In this document: one piece after another, positions 24,215 through 38,600 of the stretch
Layout: each line of letters opens with the position of its first letter
Numbering within the stretch: position 1 is the first letter of the stretch
From: Laetmonice hystrix
Taxonomy: Eukaryota
DNA: 64,000 bases
Reading direction: 5' to 3'
Assembly (NCBI GenBank): GCA_965235115.1
Contig: OZ249436.1
Location: forward strand, 41,852,001-41,916,000
Notes under the pieces: generated by a model
Databases searched by the model: none
What the model was told of the DNA's origin: nothing
What the model saw: only the letters and a program-made list of their open reading frames with translations
Position numbers and translations under genes: made by a program

Positions 24215-26608
24215 TAGTGCGATCTAGTGAGGGACATGGTGTTGAAATTATACTTGAAATTTTCTGGGTTTTTTTTCTGTATGTATGAGCCTATTGAGTT
24301 TCCCCAATACAAGGGTCCATACAAGGGTCCATATCAAACTCTCTTCAATGGTATATGAATTACGCAACGAAAACTCCCTGCATCAAGGTGAATTTTTACA
24401 TTTATCGCATGTACCCTACATTATAGCGCCGCTAAAGATTACATAATGCTCTTATAAACGGTACTTTATTAAAGAATAATACACTATTACCGACCAAGTC
24501 CAAACTTCGCGACTGTCATGCAGTATCTATACAAATGGGTCGATGAAAACAATGCGGCCATGTGGATATTCTGATACACCATTAAACCGTTAAACCGTTA
24601 AACTTTTACTATCTGAACCTTGCAAACAATATGATTTCTCATAAACATTCTGGAACACGGCCAGGACACACTCAGATGTGTTTGTTTAAAAAATCAACAA
24701 TTTACACATACCTTTTAAAGAATATATTGTCAACTCCATTAAGAGAAGTGTCAATAAAAGATCATTGTCTCTGTAGACCGATAGTATAGTTGAATAGGTA
24801 ATCGACGGCCATGTTGAATAGGCAGAACTTGATCTCGCAAAGTCACGTCTTATCAGTGGCCGTGCTGATTTCGATCAAAGTCCGTCGTCACACCCTGAAG
24901 GTAAATTGGAACATCGGGCCCTAACACCGGCACAGGTGAGTATGGATGAACATTTTTTTTAACTACAGTTATTTGGTATTGTTTTAACCCGTGCACGTTG
25001 TGTGTTACTCGTAATTAACATGCGGTAAGTCTGTACAAAGGGTGACCCGTACACCTGTCACATTGGTAGGTGCCCTCCGTGTGTCATAAGTTCCTGTAAT
25101 ATCAACAGCTATAGGCCTACAGGTGTCTCCGGAGGACTGTCGAGTAAGAAATTCATGGTACCCCTACGATAACTTTGACATAGAAAATCTACCCTTTCTT
25201 TCTTTATCACCTGAATCTTCATATAGACCTATATGTAGTGATTTGATCGGGGACAGGGGTAAGTTAGGAAAGGCCTGTCGCCTTTAAGTTTTAAAATTGT
25301 CCATTGGAAATGTACCTGTAGCCGTGTGATATACTCTGATATTTCAAAAGGAGGTCGCCCTGGGGCATGTGCCTGCATGTTTTCTAGCGCGCTATTGTCA
25401 TTCACAGACAGATCTACTGATACAAATCTTCATTGTACTGGATCTGTACATAAGTAGCTGCCCAGGAAAGCAGCATGAAAGTGCTCAATTTTCCGAATCA
25501 CGGTTGTAGTATAAAATGTCCTAGTTTTGCACAGATCTGTGCCCTCATTAGAACATACCTTTATTGCAATTTGTTTGTGCAAGTCTCGGTGGAAACTATG
25601 CCTACACTATGAGTTATGTTTTGATTAACGATGACATCATAAAACGTGACCGTCCAGACAATGTTTATTGAGTCGAATATTGATAAAGGCATGACCATAG
25701 GACTAAAAAAAGACTTCTTTGTCGAAAGGGGAATTAATATTGTTATCATTTCCATTGTTCTTTAGTAAACTTTCAGCATCTTTCTTGGCTATTAGTAATG
25801 ATGCAAAATCATAAGGAAAGTGTTAAAAGATTTTGTTCCGCAATATAATTAGATAAGGTATGTGCTGAAATCATAAGTTGAACATACAGATATATAGCAC
25901 ACAGGTTAGTGAAATCGATATTGTAGTCCGCTTATTATCATGCAATGCTGACACCTACCTACCTTTGAAATACACATACATATATCAATATCTATACCGG
26001 AACTTTTGAGAATCTGACCCATGATTCACTGTCAAGTGAAGCCTGATAGTCCCGAACGTTTCTCAGTAAACTTGATAATCCAGGTACAATTACTACATTA
26101 CTCCTTATTTCCGAGGAATGACATAATACTAATTTTGTTAAGGAAAAGTTCCTTTCTTTTTAGTTTAGTTTTACGTTCATTACAGTTGATGAAATTTTAC
26201 AGTTCAATCATCGAGTTTTTGTATGAGGGACACATAATTACTGCTGTGTTTTGTCTAGGAAGGGAAAGCTCTTACACAGAAAAGGAATGTTGAAAATCTG
26301 AAGAATCAGTGTCAAAAACTACTTCAGACTATGTACCTACTGACAGGGTGTATAAAACATACACCTCTATGCTCATCTGACCCTAAGTAGAAGTGGACAT
26401 AGCTGACTATAGATAAGACGACATATGTGTGGTGTCTCCCTGGAAAGTACCTTTATATAGGTAAAGTATACAAGCACAAACCCAAACACTGTTTACGATT
26501 GGTTGGCTCATTCGTATGATACTGAGCAGTAAACATTCACAAGAGGATGTAAATGGCAATGACATGTTGACCTTTCTGTCCGGGTTCAGAGGTGACACAG
26601 AAGTGGTG

Positions 26609-29600
26609 ATGTCGGAGAACGAGGACGGGTTTGTGGCCCACGAGGCTTTCCAACGAGCGGGCAAAGCACCTGGTCTGGAGATCTGGAGAATTGAGGTTAG
26701 AATCGTGTATAGCCATTTTCTTGGGCGCCGACTGCTTTGAGCAAATTTCAAGACGGCGTTTGGGGCGGGGGACTTCAAAAGGTAGATCCTGAAAGAGGCT
26801 GGCGAATCTTGACTTGGGAGAGGGAGAGAGGGGTAGAATTTTCTAAGGTGGGGGGTTCAGCATGCTTAATTCAGAAAGTTCTGTGGGTAATAAAGAAAAA
26901 ATGGTTGCCAAGGGGGGTCGACCCCCCCCCCCGCCCGAGCATGCAAAGTACATGGTATAGGCCCACCAGTGACTTTAACAACAGCCAGGCTCTGCGGACG
27001 TTTAATGTTCACATTACTGTTCCATATAAGGATATAGTGATAATAGAGTTCTCATACATTAATGATATCGTTGCCTCAGACGTTATACCTTCCCCAGAGT
27101 TAGCTATTTGAAGGCTGAGACCCAGGTCAGTGAAGTCGCGGGTAATTAATTCTTGCTTTGTGTTTTGTGTTGATAATACTGTTACAAGTTAACATAGAGT
27201 GACTTGTTCCTCTGCCGCTGTTTCTAGCAATTCGAGTGTTGATAATACTGTTACAAGGAAACATAGAGTGACTTGTTCCTCTGCCGCTGTTTCTAGCAAT
27301 TCGAGTGTTGATAATACTGTTACAAGGAAACATAGAGTGACTTGTTCCTCTGCCGCTGTTTCTAGCAATTCGAGTGTTGATAATACTGTTACAAGGAAAC
27401 ATATAGAGTGATAATACTGTTACAAGGAAACATAGAGTGATTTGTTTCTCTGCTGCTGTTTCTAGCAATTCGAGTGTTGATAATACTGTTACAAGGAAAC
27501 ATAGAGTGATTTGTTTCTCTTGTTTTTTAGCAATTCGAGCCAGTCATCCAGGACCCGAAGAAAGCAGGCCAGTTCTACAATGGCGACGCGTACATTTGTC
27601 TGAAGGTAAACCTATAAACGTGACTGAATAATTTCTGAGGAGTTTTGAGCAAAATCCGTTCAAACTAAGAGATTGTTCACTGGATGATTTCTGCGACCTT
27701 TAGCGGGTACAAAATGTTATTTGTGGTCCATATTTATTTGTATGGAAGGTATAAAATATGCCACTCGGTGGATCATGGCATATTTCCACTGAACCTGAGA
27801 CACAATGTATGAGTTCTTGTTATGTTTCCGGTATTGTTTTTCTAATTTTCAGACGTACGGAACGGGAAAACAATTATCGTACGACCTCCACTTCTGGCTC
27901 GGAAAGAAATGTGCCCAGGTTAGAACTATTTTTTTTTAACATAATCAGACCTAACAAACATCAAAAATATCATGAATAAATCAGGGTTGGAGATTCGCAC
28001 ATTATTTATCAGTGTCAGAGGCCGGACCTAAATGACTTGACAGTATGGGACATTGGGTTGCCAGCACTTCCGGTCTGGGGGCCTTCCTGAGGAAGTCCGT
28101 CATCCTGACCCTGTGATCGGTATGTTTATAGGATGAGTCTGGTTCGGCTGCCATCCGCACGGTGGAGCTGGATGATCACCTCGGTGGGTCCGCCGTACAA
28201 CACAGGGAGGTAGGCCGCCTGACGAGATTTCCTCATTTTCACCAAAAGTGGGCCGATATAGGTTTACCATGTAAATCGGTCAGATGTGTTCACGGTGGAT
28301 TTAACGGAGCCAAACATAAGCTGTCAATGAATACCCCGCCTTTAAATTCCGTTGTTTTGATGCCCATTATTTAGAATTTTTTTGACATGACCTTTAGATG
28401 AGGTAATATAAATCTATTTTGTAAAGAATATTTTAAACAATCTGGTTCAACATAGCGCTCTGAAACACAGTTAATATTTATAATTATATTAATTTTTCAG
28501 GTTCAAGGGCACGAGTCCAAAAAGTTCCTCTCTTACTTCAAGAAAGGTATTAAGTAAGTAGATTTCTTGAGGTAAGGAGGAGTAAGTTCAAACGTTATTA
28601 TAGATCATTGTTGTATTTTATACCACAAAACAACTTGGATCGCTGACACATTTCCAAGATTCCATTCGAAGGTTGTAAATTATTTGTCGTCTACACATCG
28701 CCATTTTCCTCAGCTAAATGTATGCTGCATCCTGTGTTAACAGGTATCTCGAGGGCGGAGCAAAGTCGGGATTTAAAAAAGTTGAACATGGGAAATACGA
28801 GAAGCGTCTGTTCCAGTGTAAGGGTAAACACACCTGCCGTGTGGAACAGGTGGGTCGGTTTTTACCTGGAGTAATGGTCAGTGTTATTCCCCCTGATTGA
28901 TGCATATACTCTCCCTAACATTTGGCATCAGTGACCATAAACTAATGTCAATGCTCGCCGCCAGGTGGAGGTGAAGTGTGCGTCACTGAACCAAGGAGAC
29001 GTGTTCATCCTAGACGACGGGCCCAACCTGTACGTGTGGATCGGGCCAGCATCGTCCCGCATGGAGAGAATTAAGGTCTGCCCTGTTAACACTTTGATTT
29101 TATTTTTGTAATAGAAAAAGGCATTGGAAAATGATAACAAATGAGTGTAACTATACAGTGGGGGATCCGTGGGCCTGGAGGCCCCCCCCCCTTAGATTTC
29201 CTTTTCTTCTTTTTTGGGGATGAAGATGCATTAGTACAGTCAAAATCCCCCCCCCCCCCTCCAAAAAAAATAGGTGGGCTTCCCCTTATCAAAATCCTGG
29301 ATCCTCCATTGCTATATCTTCAAAACGTCAGGGAGCCCCACCTTTTCGCCATCATTGTCCCCACATGCCTGGCATTTATTTGACAATCTAAGGAATGAGT
29401 ATTGCCTTATTTACCGTAAATGTTGCCTGTGTACCAGAAGGGAGCGATGATTTGATTTTAGGGCATGGATATCGCCCGTGGTATCCGAGATGATGACAAG
29501 GCTGGACGAGCCCACATTCACGTTGTTGGTGAGTAGATATAACATCATCTTCGCCATTGTTATATACAGAAAGGTTGCAATCTAAGTATAATTAATGACC

Positions 29601-32600
29601 GCTTACATGATCTTTGGATGAGAACCATGATAAGATTACAATATCCTCTCATGTATATAGTTTCACTTGTATAGTATAACGTTGCCTCTTGTGTAGGGTC
29701 GCCTATAGTCTGAACAGGTCCTGGGGCCCTATAGCCATCAGATTACAGATATTTTTAAACCCCATGGCCTTTGTTGGAAATGCATTAGGGGGAAAAAATG
29801 GCGATATTTCTACTCTTGACGGCACTGTGTATACACTTTCAGAATCTGACTGGAATAGCAACACGGCCTTCTTCAACGCCTTGGGAAGTAAAGACAAAGT
29901 AATCCGCAGTGCTGGAAAGGATGATGACGAAACAGTTCGAAAACTTGACCAGGAGACTTGCCTCTACAGGTAAATTAACTACCCCTTGTCCACTCTTCTC
30001 AAAGTTACCCCTCCCCCCAACAAGTAAACCAAACTGGAACGAATATCAGTATAAATCTGGATATAAATATGGAGAAAGAGGATTTCTAAATTCTTTCGAG
30101 AAAGAATAGCCGTTTGAAGACACCGTCCACAGCTGTAAGTTCATGGCCTCTTTCCTTGGCCTCTCTGTTTATATTAGTAGAGTAATTAAATAGTTGAAGC
30201 CTTAAAGTCTGTTATGGAATCCTTTTCCATTTAAAATTGATTTCCTTTCAGTGTGCAGAAACGATATCCTGACCTCAATCAAGTTTACCTTTCCGATTTT
30301 AATTGCTGGCAATCAAGCGGGCCTATAATTATTACTGCCTGAAAATGGCAGATTGTGAAATTTCCACATTTTCTGCAGACTTACTGAAAAGTCTCCAGGG
30401 ACTCTGAAGCGCACTGAGATCAAAGAAAGGCCACTCTGCCAGGAAATGCTGGAATCAAAGGTAATCACCGGAGCAGTATACACCCCTGGTCTCATGTGCA
30501 GACTACAGACGTACGCGCTTACGTCATGCAAATTGACGGGTTTGCAGCCGCTGTCTCTAACCATAGAGTCTATATTGACTCTATGCTCTAACCGACCTTC
30601 CTTTTCAGTTATGACCTTGGACCAACTCAGGCCAACGATGAAGTTTCCAGTATAACTTATCTTCGCGGGTGCAGTTCGTTTCACTATTATTATCACTAGG
30701 CCTATATATAAAAGAAATCATACGCTAATGAAAATACCCCCTTCTTATCAGGATTTCTCAAGAGAACGCTGATTCTAAAGTAAACAGCACTGAGATCACT
30801 GCCCGTCCGTTCGTGCGGGCGGTGTTGGCTTCAACTGTGAGTATGGCACGGGACGATATCAAGTTATATCATAACCTCTTCCTCTACACAAGCCCTTTCA
30901 CACAATTGTAGACGGAAGAAAGACAAAGGTGGTGGAAGACGAAGAACTCCCCAGTACAAAGAACTGACTCATTAGAAAAAAATGATACATTGTAGCCTAC
31001 ATTCATAAGTGACTCTCAATTTGCTATATATGTAGACATGGCTCTCGTCCAGGTATAGCCTCCTTTAAAATCTTCACCCTTTGTAGACAAGAATAAGAAT
31101 TCTTTTTATAAAAAAGTTTCCTATACCTCTGATCTAACCTAAAAGACCTTTCATAACCTCACTCCACAGTTGTTTCTTCACCAATTGATCTATTCGGTAT
31201 CGTAGCTGGTTGTATATATAGACATGATACCGACGTTTGGAACCCACTTTGTCTTACACAGTCTGATATCCTGGGGTAGTTATATAATGAATCCCGTAAA
31301 ATAGATACCCTATACATGAAGTTTACAGGCCCAGACTCTAGGTATCTTATTGTCGAAGGGAAGTTGTTTAATGTGAAAGAGATTAAATGAGAACAACTTT
31401 TAGGGTATGTCGGGCGATTAATGAGATAATTTATATCGTCTTTAACACGAATCATTTAAATGAAACGCTGCCTTGTCCATCTTTTTTTACATTTTGGTTT
31501 ATATGTTCTATACATAATAGCACAATATTCTTTATTTTACTGACAGCGTTATTACTGTTATATAATAATACTACTGGCGCTATGGTCATTTGTCTTAAAA
31601 CGCTGTTATCATTAAATTATTTCATTTAATATAACGGGACTTCGGCATAGGACCTAATGCCATCCGCGTCCGTCGCCATAGACCTATTATTTAAAAATAT
31701 TTTATTGTGGAAAATGTTTACTTGTAAAAAGGAAAAAGACAAAGCTGTATAGATATAAAGAAGCCATTATTTGTATATAGGACTGTTACGTGCTTGACTC
31801 TGGCTACTCGGGAATCTACGTCTGGACAGGAAAGGACTCGCCGGTTCCGTTCAGAAAACTCGTGTGGAACGCTGTCAACGTAAGTTATCTTAGAGTACTA
31901 TACCACGAGGTCGGCTTCATTATACCAAATAATATGGTTTGATCGTAGTATTTCTACATGAATTGGTTGTTTTCACGCGTAGGAACGTCGCTCAAAATAT
32001 AGATTCTGTTGGGTATATAGGAATTCATCGACTCGCGGGGTTAGGTCTATTTGAAGGTATATGACAGGACCGTTTGGATTGTGTTGTGTAGGAATTCATC
32101 GACTCGCGGGGTTAGGTCTAATTGAAGGTATATGACAGGACCATTTGGATTGTGTTTTGTAGGAATTCACCGACTCGCGGGGTTAGGTCTAATTGAAGGT
32201 ATATGACAGGACCATTTGGATTGTGTTGTGTAGGAATTCATCGACTCGCGGGGTTAGGTCTAATTGAAGGTATATGACAGGACCATTTGGATTGTGTTGT
32301 GTAGGAATTCATCGACGCGCGGGGTTACCCGAGCTGGATGCAGGTCAGCCGGGTACTGGACGGAGGCGAGACGCCACTCTTCAAGCAGTTTTTCTCCGAC
32401 TGGGTGGATGATGACGAGGTGGTGGCCCCTGCCCCGGAAGACGCTGTGTCCGGAGGCAATGTGGCTGGTCAGTATCTCCTCCGATATAGATACACATACT
32501 TTATTAATCAGAGATTTGATCTGAATTTGTTAACCTTCTTAAGATAGCCTATACAAACTCGCCCTAACATTGCCATGACAGATCAGAGTTACGAGGGTAT

Positions 32601-35600
32601 TGACGGATCCACTCTCCACGGCAAAAAACCTCCAACGGCACAGGAGTTCATGCCTGACGACGGAAAAGGCGAGCTCAAGGTACCTCCTGCCTTTCACAAT
32701 CTGCAATAGATCCAATCAGCTCAATCTGCAATCGGTCAAATTTCCGATCTTTCCAATTTGCAATTAATGCAACAGCCTTCCAACCTCGAATATTGGTCAT
32801 ACGTCACATTCGCTAACCCTAGCTAACAAAACAAGCGTAGGAGGCTATACAATTATTGTGACTTTTGTTATTGTTTGCATGAAAAGGCCAGTACTTGCAA
32901 GGCGGTATTTTGACGATGGTGAACCAAAGGCTATTTTAGTCATGCAAAATCCCACCTAAAATTTCTAATAATGAGGATGAATTCTTTCTAAATGCTGCCT
33001 TTATTTTAAAGGTGTACCGTATAGCAGAACTGGAACTGGTACCTGTGGCAAAGGAAGCGTACGGAGTGTTCTTCGGTGGAGACTGTTACGTTCTTCAGTA
33101 TGACTACCTCGTCAACGACAAACCACAGCACATCATCTATTTCTGGCAGGTATGTACAGATTACAGCAGGCCTACACCAAGTGTAGGCGAAACATGAAAG
33201 TCTGCTATGAATTTAAATATGCTCTTCAATTTGAATAGGATTTGGAAGTCATGGGGGGTTCAAAATTGTGTCTGTTTCTCAGGGTCTTTCGTCTGACACC
33301 AACGAGAAAGGAGCGTCCGCCCTTCAGGCTATGAAACTTGACGACGACCTTGGCGGAGAAGCTATGCAGGTATTGGAAAGGGACTCTTCCCTCGTCAGCT
33401 TTCACTTGTCTTCAAAGTTTAGCTGTTAATCTGACGTAAATATAGAAATGTCTCTAGGTGAAATGACGTCTCCATCGCGGTATGCAGTGCCCTCAGCCTA
33501 AAGTGTAGGCCTATCAACTGCCATGAGGCCTGTATGAAGAAAAGTGGATGACGCCACTGAGAATATTAACTTTATGGCCTCAGTTCATGTTCAAGATTTT
33601 TAATCCATTCTAATATCTCAATCAGATACGGGTTGTGATGAACAAAGAACCAGACCACTTCCTGAAATTGTTCAACGGCAAGATGATCGTCTTCCAGGTG
33701 GGCTCTCTGTCATTATTTATTCGCGATTTCTTGCATTTGACTTCCCCAATATAAGAGGAACACAAGAGGACGTAAATATTACAGCAATGTAGACAATATT
33801 TTTGTTGTGTTGTTGACGTTAGAACGGTCACGTATCCGGATACCGGGGTGTACGCGATCACGACAATTACAACCCGAACGAGGCTCTGATGTTCCACATC
33901 CGTGGTGACGACGAGGACCACACGAGGGCGCTGCAGGTAGGTCGACCACCGTCATCCTGAACGAGGAATCATGTACTGAGGGTACCCGGTCAATTCTCAG
34001 TTAAGTGTTGCATTTAATGTCCCACCTAGTCAATGACTTCTAGCTTTTCCACAATGATTTCCTCGACTGTACAATGAACTTTTCTGGCTTCCTGACATAA
34101 AATCCAATTGTCTGATGTATGGTTATCTCTTGAAAATATAGTCGAATTTTTGGGAGGGCTTCCTAAACATTACCATTACCCCCAAAAAGGCATGTCCAAA
34201 GACGTATTTACAAACTTTACAGCTGCAGGCAAGCTTAAAGGAAGTATCAAATTTACCTGAAATAGTATCAGTTTAGATTCTTCAATCTGGAAGTAAATTA
34301 ATATTTGTCCGATATGCAACACTACTTAAAAATATTCTTCTTGTGTCCTCTCAAAAAATGTCCCCAGATACTGCGTAATCTACGCGATCTGTGTTTTGGT
34401 AGAGCCTAACATTAATTACTACTTTACAAGGTGGTCTTTGTAATATATAAAATAGTAGATGTAGTATGTTATTTTGGAATTATGAATACAAAAACAAATT
34501 TTCTTGCCCCTTTTCAAAGTTATTCAATATGGAAATCCACATTTCTAGGCGATTACTTAAGGAATGTAATCTACGCGACCATGATTTTGTTTTAAAAAGT
34601 TGGGGAAACATTACTCTTTTAAGCATTTAGAAAGAAGACAAGTAGCAAATCAACAAATGAGCAAATCATCGATATCGGGGAACGCTATATTATTACGGAA
34701 TTTATGAAAATTGTCCAAAATTGTAATCTACGTGACCTGTAATCTACGCGACCAGTAGGGGCTAAATGTGAGAAGACGGAGATAACTTAACTTTTATCCG
34801 CGAGATGACATCACTCAAGGCGGCAGAACTTACTTAATTCGACCATTTGACTTAAATTATACCAATTTACATGCCATGAGGTGATGGTCGCGTAGGTTAC
34901 ATGTGGCAATAATGAACAGATTAGTATCCCAGATTCAGTGTCATATTTCATTTAATTGTAACCCTAGCGTGCCAATTTTTTGGATGAAGGAAGCCCAAAA
35001 CACAGGTAACTCGTCGTTCATATTTTTCGATTTTCTGATCTAGTTTGCAACGCTTAACTGAGAATGTACCACCCAGGGAAGTTAGACCTAGTGACGGCTG
35101 GTTTTTAAGTGGGTTTGTTCAGCCACAGCTCAACACCCTAATATCTCCACAGCTCTGTACAACACCCTAATCTCTCCACGGCTCTGTACAACATGCTAAT
35201 CTCTCCACAACCTGACCCTAATCTCTCCACAGCTCTGTATAGCACCATAATCTCTCCACAGCTCTGTACAACATCCTAATCTCTCCACAGCTCTGTACAA
35301 CACCCTAATCTCTCCACAGCTCGAACATAATCTCTCCACAGCTCTGTACAACACCCTAATCTCTCCACAGCTCGAACATAATCTCTCCACAGATCTGTAC
35401 AACACCCTAATCTCTCCACAGCCCTGTATAACACCCTAATCTCTCCACAGATCTGTACAACACCCTAATCTCTCCACAGCCCTGTACAACATCCTAATCT
35501 CTCCACAGCTCTGTACAACACCCTAATCTTTCCACAGCTCTGTACAACACCCTAATCTCTCCACAGCCCTGTACAACATCCTAATCTCTCCACAGCCCGA

Positions 35601-38600
35601 CCCTAATCTCTCCACAGCTGTGTACAGCATCCTAATCTCTCCGCAGCTCTACCACAATCTCTCCACAGCTCTGTACAACATCCTAATCTCTCCACAGCTC
35701 GTCTATAATCTCTCCACAGCTCTGTACAAAGCCCTAATCTCTCCACATCTCTGTGCAACACGCTAATCTCTCCACAGCTGTGTACAACACGCTAATCTCT
35801 CCACAGTTCTCTACAACACCCTAATCTCCACAGATCTGTACAACACCCTAATCTCTCCACAGATCTGTACAACACCCTAATCTCTCCACAGCTCTGTACA
35901 ACACCCTAATCTCTCCACAGCTCTGTACAACACCCTAATCTCTCCACAGATCTGTACAACACCCTAATCTCTCCACAGCTCTGCATGACACCATAATCTC
36001 TCCACTGATCTGTACAACACCCTAATATTTCTACAGCTCTGTACAACACCCTAATCTCTCCACAGATCTGTACAACACCCTAATCTCCACAGATCTGTAC
36101 AACACCCTAATCTCTCCACAGATCTGTACAACATCCTAATCTCTCCACAGATCTGTACAACACCCTAATCTCTCCACAGCTCTGTATGACACCATAATCT
36201 CTCCACAGCTCTGTACAACATCCTAATCTCTCCACAGCTCGACCATAATCTCTCCACAGCTATATACAACACCCTAATCTCTCCACAGATCTGCCCAACA
36301 CCCTCATCTCTCCACAGCTCTACCATAATCTCTCCACAGCTCTGTACAACATCCTAATCTCTCCACAGCTCGACCATAGTCTCTCCACAGATCCGTACAA
36401 CATCCTAATCTCTCCACAGCTCCTAATCTCTCCTAATCCCTCCTATGTTCTATACACAAGTTATTGATTTGCAGGTGGACTGCCGCGGTGCATCGTTAAA
36501 TTCCAATGATGTGTTTATTGCGGAAACTCCCAAGAAAACATACGTATGGGTCGGTAAGGTTAGTAACTAGGCCTGCTAGCAGAATACTTTGGTTTTAATT
36601 TTGATTATTCTAGAAAAAGATTCATTGGAAACAAAATACGTTTAGACATGGATCTAAAGCCTATTGAGGGGTGTTTGTCATAATTTAATTAGTAACTTTA
36701 AATGTAAATGATATAGTTTATATTTATTCTTATAATGCCACCCATGTCATTCTACTTGACTGTTAATTCCATTTCTCCTACCACACAGGAATGCAAGGAG
36801 GCGGAGAAGAACATGGCTCGATACATGGTTCAGTTTGTCGCTCCAGGCAGGTAGGAGTTTTAATTTTTTTATTTATATAAAATGACCCTAGACCTGCAGA
36901 ACGAATAACAACTCGAAACCTTTTATAAGCCATTCATGAGACGTTGTTTCACAGAGGCGACCCCGCTGTGATCATGGAGGGAGAGGAGACAAACGCATTC
37001 TGGGACGCCATCGGCGGCGAGGAGAAGTACTACACGGGCATCCGCAAGAAGGTGGGATTACTTTCTCCTGGTGTCGCGAGATGGCAGCACTGGGTCATGA
37101 CTGCCGAATTGTGTGCATGTATCTCAAAACTAGATAAAGAGGCGTTGTCTTGAAACTTCTCGTCACTGGGATGCCACAAATTGTGGGGAGAGTGTGAAAC
37201 GTAAATCGTCACGGTTGTAAATTATGTTACAAGATGCTATTAACTTTTGTTAAAGTATTTTTGTCTCTTTGATACTTTAGAGCAAACTGCGCACCCCAGT
37301 CCGCTTGTTCCATTGTTCTAACTCGTCGGGTCGGTTCACGGTTGAAGAGGTGGTGGATTTCACCCAAGAGGTTAGTAATTATTTTATTGTGAAATGCTAG
37401 TAAGAACAAAGTCTCACCAAAAAACTACAGACGTATCTAGGTTGCTTGAAGAGAGTTTGACAATGAACTGTACCTACGCCTTTCTGTTTGATCTGATAAT
37501 GAGATGTGATTAAAGTTTATCAATCATTCTTTGCTAGGATCTTGATGAAGACGACGTCATGATGCTGGATACGTGTGATGAGGTAGGCCTCCATTCCGCT
37601 CGATATGAATTTAGTAAAATTAGTCTTTATTTAAGAAATCCCCAAAATTACTGTTGTGTAGTAGTATCCATTGTAAATTGTGTTTTCCTTTGGAAGATTT
37701 TTGTCTGGATCGGAAAAGGCGCGAACGAATTTGAGAAGAAAGAATCCATGAAGACAGCTTATGTGAGTAATATTATCGGACATCGTAGGGATGAATAAGA
37801 TAACTTTGTGACATTCCACCCAACCAAAATAATTTATTGTAAAACGTAGATCTAAAAGCGTAAGGATTGAACATCCCTTCACAACTTAACTCTATCTACA
37901 ATAGCTTGCATTCGGTTGTTGGGGGTTTTAAATATATTTTTATATATCTCTTTTTTATCCATGGGTGAGTTCTTTAATTGACAAATAAACCTATCCCCAT
38001 ACAAACTGCTCCGATTTGTATCTCGCTTCCCTTGGTTTGACTCGCCAGACGTATCTGACCTCTGACCCGACTGGCCGAACGCCGGACAACACGTTGATCA
38101 TTGTGGTCCGGCAGGGATTCGAACCCCTTCAGTTCACGGGACACTTCCACCTGTGGGACACTGACAAATGGAATGTAAGCAATCCAAGCAAGCCAAACAT
38201 CTGGGACAACATTCAGCTTTATGTGTTCCTTTAAATAATTGTGTGCAGGTCTTTTGTTACCTATTCTACCATCCTCTATCGATGTGAATACTGGTCGAAT
38301 TAAGACTTCAAGACTGTGATTATAACAGACCAAACCACATTGATGTGAGTACTGGCCGAATTAAAACTTCAAACCTGTGGTTATTGCAGACCAAACCACA
38401 TTGATGTTGAAATATCAAGCTGATAATGATTCTGTGTCTGTGTTTGTGAACCTGCAGAGCGGCAAGACGTATGAGGAGCTGGTCGAGGAATTGGGCAAGG
38501 AGAATGCCGGAATCAGTTTGTTGGAGGAGGTAAAGTTGTAATTGCACATTCACATTTCTTCTCCGAGAAGTCTTATTTCGGGCGACTCTTGAACGAATTC

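Noticed and set aside
27167..36436. Regularly spaced repeats superficially like CRISPR arrays
   Set aside because: The units repeat in full with no unique spacers, there are no cas genes, and the context is eukaryotic introns.
35123..36436. CCCTAA (telomeric TTAGGG) in most satellite units
   Set aside because: There is only one hexamer per unit and it is never tandem, so this is not an interstitial telomere.
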